A stretch of DNA of 39,122 nt, from IMG/VR virus record IMGVR_UViG_2869924733_000008. One strand, 5' to 3'. The stretch is from a virus. Its lineage: Duplodnaviria > Heunggongvirae > Uroviricota > Caudoviricetes. The position numbers and the translations under genes were made by a program. Each line of letters opens with the position of its first letter. Within the stretch, counting starts at the first letter, position 1. Under the pieces are notes generated by a model that saw only the letters and a program-made list of their open reading frames with translations, was not told the DNA's origin and searched no databases. This document shows, in pieces, positions 32,159 to 39,122 of this stretch.

Positions 32159-32166
32159 TGAAGTGG

Positions 32167-34295
<2,129 letters not shown>

Positions 34296-34527
34296 GTAGC
34301 CTTTTTTAATATTTCATTCTCCATTTCAATGCGTTGTAGCTTTTTCCTCAGCTTACGTATTTCGATTTGTTCTGGTGTTATCGGAGAGGCTTTTGGTGTT
34401 TTGCCCTGACGCTCATCACGCAGTTGTTTGACCCATCTTGTCATTGTGGAAAGGCCAACATCCATAGCTTTGGCGGCATCTGCCTGAGGTGTACTGGCAA
34501 TAGCGGACACTACCATTTGTTCTTTTT

Positions 34528-35346
34528 TTAAGCAGCCATCTGATGATATTTTTCCTTGAAGGCTGCCGGGGAGATATTCCCCAGACGAGAGTGACGACGC
34601 TGACGATTGTAGAAAATCTCAATGTATTCCCGTATTACTGAGATGGCTTCATCCCGGTTATTAAAACGATAGTGGCTCAGGCTCTCATTTTTCAGCGTTC
34701 CCCAGAAGCTTTCCATCGGAGCGTTGTCGTAACAGTTACCTTTACGCGACATTGATGTTTTCAGACCAAACTGCTCCTGTATGACCCGGTAATCGTATGC
34801 GCAGTACTGTGAACCTCGATCAGAGTGGTGGATTAGCCCGGCAGGTGGGCGCTGGCTCCTGAGCGCCATAAACAGGGCTTTACCTGTCAGCTCTTTTGTC
34901 ATGCGCTCTCCCATGGCGTAGCCGACAATTTCGCACGTATAAACATCTTTGATGCCAGCGAGGTACAACCATCCCTCCTGTGTGGCAACATACGTCAGGT
35001 CCGCCACCCAGACCTGATTTGGTGCTGTAGGAGCGAACGTCTGGTTCAGCAGATTTGGCGCAACTGGCAGATTGTGGTTCGGGTTCGTAGTCGCTCTGAA
35101 CTTGCGTTTCTGCTTACAGCGTAGCCTTAGCTCCTTACGAAGACGTGCCAGTCGGTCACGACCAACGATGATGCCATTCTCTGCCAGCTCCGTCTGGAGC
35201 CGCCGGGTTCCATATGTTTCGCGAGTGCGGATATGTGCCACCTTAATCTCCAGTTTTAGCCGCTCATCACTTTGTTTTCTGTCTGAGGGTTCATGCTGTA
35301 CCCAGTTGTAATAACCGCCCCTGGATACACCAAATACCTGACACAT
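34528..35346 (-). CDS. IS600 orfB (272 aa)
   Basis: Same protein as 12891-13709 with three substitutions (S10G, S/C, R/K). Confidence 0.8.
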   Translation of the reverse strand: MCQVFGVSRGGYYNWVQHEPSDRKQSDERLKLEIKVAHIRTRETYGTRRLQTELAENGIIVGRDRLARLRKELRLRCKQKRKFRATTNPNHNLPVAPNLLNQTFAPTAPNQVWVADLTYVATQEGWLYLAGIKDVYTCEIVGYAMGERMTKELTGKALFMALRSQRPPAGLIHHSDRGSQYCAYDYRVIQEQFGLKTSMSRKGNCYDNAPMESFWGTLKNESLSHYRFNNRDEAISVIREYIEIFYNRQRRHSRLGNISPAAFKEKYHQMAA

Positions 35347-35423
35347 CGCTTCAATGGGAAATTGTTGTCGCCATTGTTCGATTAACGCGTATTTTTCAGC
35401 GACTCCTGTGCAAAATACGCTGT

Positions 35424-36644
35424 TGTAGATTCAATTGGTCAACGCAACAGTTATGTGAAAACATGGGGTTGCGGAGGTTTTTTGAATGAGACGAACATTT
35501 ACAGCAGAGGAAAAAGCCTCTGTTTTTGAACTATGGAAGAACGGAACAGGCTTCAGTGAAATAGCGAATATCCTGGGTTCAAAACCCGGAACGATCTTCA
35601 CTATGTTAAGGGATACTGGCGGCATAAAACCCCATGAGCGTAAGCGGGCTGTAGCTCACCTGACACTGTCTGAGCGCGAGGAGATACGAGCTGGTTTGTC
35701 AGCCAAAATGAGCATTCGTGCGATAGCTACTGCGCTGAATCGCAGTCCTTCGACGATCTCACGTGAAGTTCAGCGTAATCGGGGCAGACGCTATTACAAA
35801 GCTGTTGATGCTAATAACCGAGCCAACAGAATGGCGAAAAGGCCAAAACCGTGCTTACTGGATCAAAATTTACCATTGCGAAAGCTTGTTCTGGAAAAGC
35901 TGGAGATGAAATGGTCTCCAGAGCAAATATCAGGATGGTTAAGGCGAACAAAACCACGTCAAAAAACGCTGCGAATATCACCTGAGACAATTTATAAAAC
36001 GCTGTACTTTCGTAGCCGTGAAGCGCTACACCACCTGAATATACAGCATCTGCGACGGTCGCATAGCCTTCGCCATGGCAGGCGTCATACCCGCAAAGGC
36101 GAAAGAGGTACGATTAACATAGTGAACGGAACACCAATTCACGAACGTTCCCGAAATATCGATAACAGACGCTCTCTGGGGCATTGGGAGGGCGATTTAG
36201 TCTCAGGTACAAAAAACTCTCATATAGCCACACTTGTAGACCGAAAATCACGTTATACGATCATCCTTAGACTCAGGGGCAAAGATTCTGTCTCAGTAAA
36301 TCAGGCTCTTACCGACAAATTCCTGAGTTTACCGTCAGAACTCAGAAAATCACTGACATGGGACAGAGGAATGGAACTGGCCAGACATCTAGAATTTACT
36401 GTCAGCACCGGCGTTAAAGTTTACTTCTGCGATCCTCAGAGTCCTTGGCAGCGGGGAACAAATGAGAACACAAATGGGCTAATTCGGCAGTACTTTCCTA
36501 AAAAGACATGTCTTGCCCAATATACTCAACATGAACTAGATCTGGTTGCTGCTCAGCTAAACAACAGACCGAGAAAGACACTGAAGTTCAAAACACCGAA
36601 AGAGATAATTGAAAGGGGTGTTGCATTGACAGATTGAATCTACA
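35424..36644 (+). mobile_element. IS30 (1221 bp) inside IS600 copy 3, opposite orientation to its host element
   Basis: IS30 terminal repeats; 2-bp duplication at 35422-23 and 36645-46. Confidence 0.9.
35486..36637 (+). CDS. insI: IS30 transposase (383 aa)
   Basis: Full-length, identical protein to the other intact copies. Confidence 0.95.
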   Translation: MRRTFTAEEKASVFELWKNGTGFSEIANILGSKPGTIFTMLRDTGGIKPHERKRAVAHLTLSEREEIRAGLSAKMSIRAIATALNRSPSTISREVQRNRGRRYYKAVDANNRANRMAKRPKPCLLDQNLPLRKLVLEKLEMKWSPEQISGWLRRTKPRQKTLRISPETIYKTLYFRSREALHHLNIQHLRRSHSLRHGRRHTRKGERGTINIVNGTPIHERSRNIDNRRSLGHWEGDLVSGTKNSHIATLVDRKSRYTIILRLRGKDSVSVNQALTDKFLSLPSELRKSLTWDRGMELARHLEFTVSTGVKVYFCDPQSPWQRGTNENTNGLIRQYFPKKTCLAQYTQHELDLVAAQLNNRPRKTLKFKTPKEIIERGVALTD

Positions 36645-37169
36645 GTTGCTTTTTTTAATATATCTCGCTCAAGGCGAGCTTCATTTAACGCCTTACGCAG
36701 TTGCAGAATTTCAGATTCCAGTTCAGCCACCGTGCGGGAACCAGGAGTACCGAGCCCTTTTCTGGCGGCGGTAACCCATTGTCCTAAAGTGCCTTCAGGA
36801 AGGGATAATCGGGAAGCGCCTTCACTGATCGAAAATTGATTTTCAAGAACCGTTCTGACAGCTTCGGCTTTGAACTCTTTAGAGTAACGTTGGGTTTTTC
36901 TGCTCATTATTAGCTCCTTCTGATGCCATTCTATTTCAGGAAGGAGTGTCCGTTAAACTCAGGCTACCTCAGCCACCGTGTATTTCTGGTCAACAACCAG
37001 TTGAGCGGATTCGCGTTTAAACTCTGCGCTAAAATTTCTTTTTTTCATTGGAGCACCTGTGTTGTTCTGAGGTGAGCATATCACCTCTGTTCAGGTGGCC
37101 AAATTCAGTGTGCCACTTCATATCTTAAACTACCGGAATGAACTGCTGCATGGAGAAACGCTTTACCTA

Positions 37170-38322
37170 AATAGCTGCGCGGAATAGTAGATCACTTTGA
37201 GGGAACTTAGCCCGGATTGTGCGATCTGATCAATCGCCAAATCAAAACAAATCACCAACCGGACTGAGCAATGCCGATCATAGCACCAATTTCCCGTGAC
37301 GAACGACGCCTGATGCAGAAAGCCATCCATAAAACACACGATAAAAATTATGCCCGCAGACTGACTGCCATGCTGATGCTGCACCGGGGCGACCGTGTCA
37401 GCGACGTTGCCAGAACGCTCTGCTGCGCCCGTTCCTCTGTTGGACGCTGGATTAACTGGTTCACGCAGTCGGGTGTTGAGGGACTGAAATCATTACCTGC
37501 CGGGCGTGCCCGTCGCTGGCCGTTTGAGCATATCTGCACACTGTTACGTGAGCTGGTAAAACATTCTCCCGGCGACTTTGTCTACCAGCGTTCACGCTGG
37601 AGTACAGAACTGCTGGCAATAAAAATCAATGAGATAACCGGTTGCCAGTTAAATGCCGGAACCGTTCGCCGCTGGTTGCCGTCTGCGGGGATTGTGTGGC
37701 GAAGGGCTGCGCCAACTCTGCGTATCCGTGACCCGCATAAAGATGAAAAGATGGCAGCAATCCATAAAGCACTGGACGAATGCAGCGCAGAGCATCCGGT
37801 CTTTTATGAAGATGAAGTGGATATCCATCTTCATCCCAAAATCGGTGCGGACTGGCAACTGCGCGGACAGCAAAAACGGGTGGTCACGCCGGGACAGAAT
37901 GAAAAATATTATCTGGCCGGAGCGCTGCACAGCGGGACAGGTAAAGTCAGCTATGTGGGCGGCAACAGCAAAAGTTCGGCGCTGTTCATCAGCCTGCTGA
38001 AGCGGCTTAAAGCGACATACCGTCGGGCGAAAACCATCACGCTGATCGTGGACAACTACATTATCCACAAAAGCCGGGAAACACAGAGCTGGCTGAAGGA
38101 GAACCCGAAGTTCAGGGTCATTTATCAGCCGGTTTACTCGCCATGGGTGAATCATGTTGAACGGCTATGGCAGGCACTTCACGACACAATAACGCGTAAT
38201 CATCAGTGCCGCTCAATGTGGCAACTGTTGAAAAAAGTTCGCCATTTTATGGAAACCGTCAGCCCATTCCCCGGAGGCAAACATGGACTGGCAAAAGTGT
38301 AGCGGTATTAAGCGCAGCTATT
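37170..38322 (+). mobile_element. IS630 (1153 bp) inserted in the integrase gene
   Basis: Same terminal repeats as the other copy; TA duplication (37168-69 and 38323-24) within ..ACCTAGAT.. (CTAG target). Confidence 0.85.
37271..38302 (+). CDS. IS630 transposase (343 aa)
   Basis: Identical to 29219-30250 except one residue (H/Y). Confidence 0.85.
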   Translation: MPIIAPISRDERRLMQKAIHKTHDKNYARRLTAMLMLHRGDRVSDVARTLCCARSSVGRWINWFTQSGVEGLKSLPAGRARRWPFEHICTLLRELVKHSPGDFVYQRSRWSTELLAIKINEITGCQLNAGTVRRWLPSAGIVWRRAAPTLRIRDPHKDEKMAAIHKALDECSAEHPVFYEDEVDIHLHPKIGADWQLRGQQKRVVTPGQNEKYYLAGALHSGTGKVSYVGGNSKSSALFISLLKRLKATYRRAKTITLIVDNYIIHKSRETQSWLKENPKFRVIYQPVYSPWVNHVERLWQALHDTITRNHQCRSMWQLLKKVRHFMETVSPFPGGKHGLAKV

Positions 38323-39122
38323 TAGATAATCCAAGATCCAACAAAAAAGGAAGAACCGTGCGCACAGTTGATAACTATATCGCCCTGCTCTGTTCGTTGT
38401 TACGTTTTGCGTATCAGTCGGGATTTATATCAACCAAACCATTTGAAGGAGTAAAAAAATTACAGCGAAACAGAATAAAGCCTGACCCGTTATCTAAAAC
38501 AGAATTCAATGCATTAATGGAAAGTGAAAAAGGACAGAGCCAAAACTTGTGGAAATTTGCCGTTTACTCCGGGCTTCGTCACGGGGAACTGGCAGCTCTG
38601 GCGTGGGAGGATGTGGATTTCGAGAAGGGAATTGTGAATGTCAGAAGAAACCTGACGATACTTGATATGTTCGGTCCCCCAAAAACAAATGCCGGGATCC
38701 GGACGGTAACATTACTGCAGCCGGCTCTTGAAGCACTGAAGGAGCAATACAAACTGACCGGGCATCATCGCAAAAGCGAAATCACTTTTTATCATCGGGA
38801 GTACGGCAGAACTGAAAAGCAAAAACTGCATTTTGTTTTCATGCCCAGGGTGTGTAACGAAAAACAGAAACCTTATTACTCGGTAAGCAGTTTGGGTGCA
38901 AGATGGAATGCAGCAGTAAAACGTGCTGGTATTCGCCGCCGTAATCCGTACCATACGCGACATACTTTTGCCTGCTGGCTGTTGACGGCAGGAGCGAACC
39001 CGGCATTTATAGCCAGCCAGATGGGGCATGAAACTGCGCAAATGGTGTATGAAATTTACGGTATGTGGATTGATGACATGAACGACGAACAGATAGCCAT
39101 GTTGAATGCGCGGTTATCGTAG

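Larger units (their letters stand above)
35382..36907 (-). pseudogene. IS600 orfA interrupted by IS30 in inverted orientation (copy 3)
   Basis: ..ILKKAT then the IS30 right end; same AC target as in copies 1 and 2. Confidence 0.75.
34485..36971 (-). mobile_element. IS600 copy 3 (with nested IS30) inserted in IS911 orfA
   Basis: 2487 bp = 1264 + 1221 + 2; 3-bp target duplication GCC (34482-84 and 36972-74) inside the IS911 orfA sequence. Confidence 0.8.
37122..39122 (+). pseudogene. int: Phage tyrosine integrase gene: 5' part removed at the IS911 boundary, and interrupted by IS630
   Basis: Catalytic-domain motifs (..VYSGLRHGELAALAWEDVDF.., ..YHTRHTFACWLLTAGANPAFIASQMGHE.., ..VYEIYGMW..). The frame is continuous across IS630 once one TA is removed (..ETLYL | DNPRSNKKGRT..) and has no start codon after the IS911 end. 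Stop codon is at 39120-22. Confidence 0.8.

Overview
This window is a heavily IS-ridden, defective prophage region from an Enterobacteriaceae genome. The IS set (IS2, IS30, IS600, IS630, IS911) looks Shigella/E. coli-like, but all element and protein names come from recalled sequences and element lengths, not from a database search. The phage genes fit a single myovirus-type temperate phage: tail fibre/chaperone and Mu/P2-like baseplate genes (about 200-9400, minus strand); a head/packaging module (about 13750-23750, minus strand: tail sheath, connector proteins, major capsid, Mu-F-like, portal, terminase large subunit); a replication module (27673-32158, plus strand: DUF1376/YdaU-like, DnaT-like, DnaC-like); and the 3' part of a tyrosine integrase that ends exactly at the window end. 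At least 15 IS copies or fragments (about 18.2 kb, roughly 47% of the window) are inserted, many nested: an IS5-family element inside IS30 inside IS600; IS630 inside IS2 inside a phage gene; IS30 and an IS600::IS30 composite inside IS911. Element lengths and target-site duplications add up exactly at nearly every junction. Several phage genes are frameshifted or truncated. Tail tube, tape measure, terminase small subunit, lysis and immunity genes are absent. I found no CRISPR array, no tRNA/rRNA gene and no recognisable defence or toxin system. What is notable here is structural (IS nesting, shared insertion sites, IS-bounded deletions), not a new gene system.
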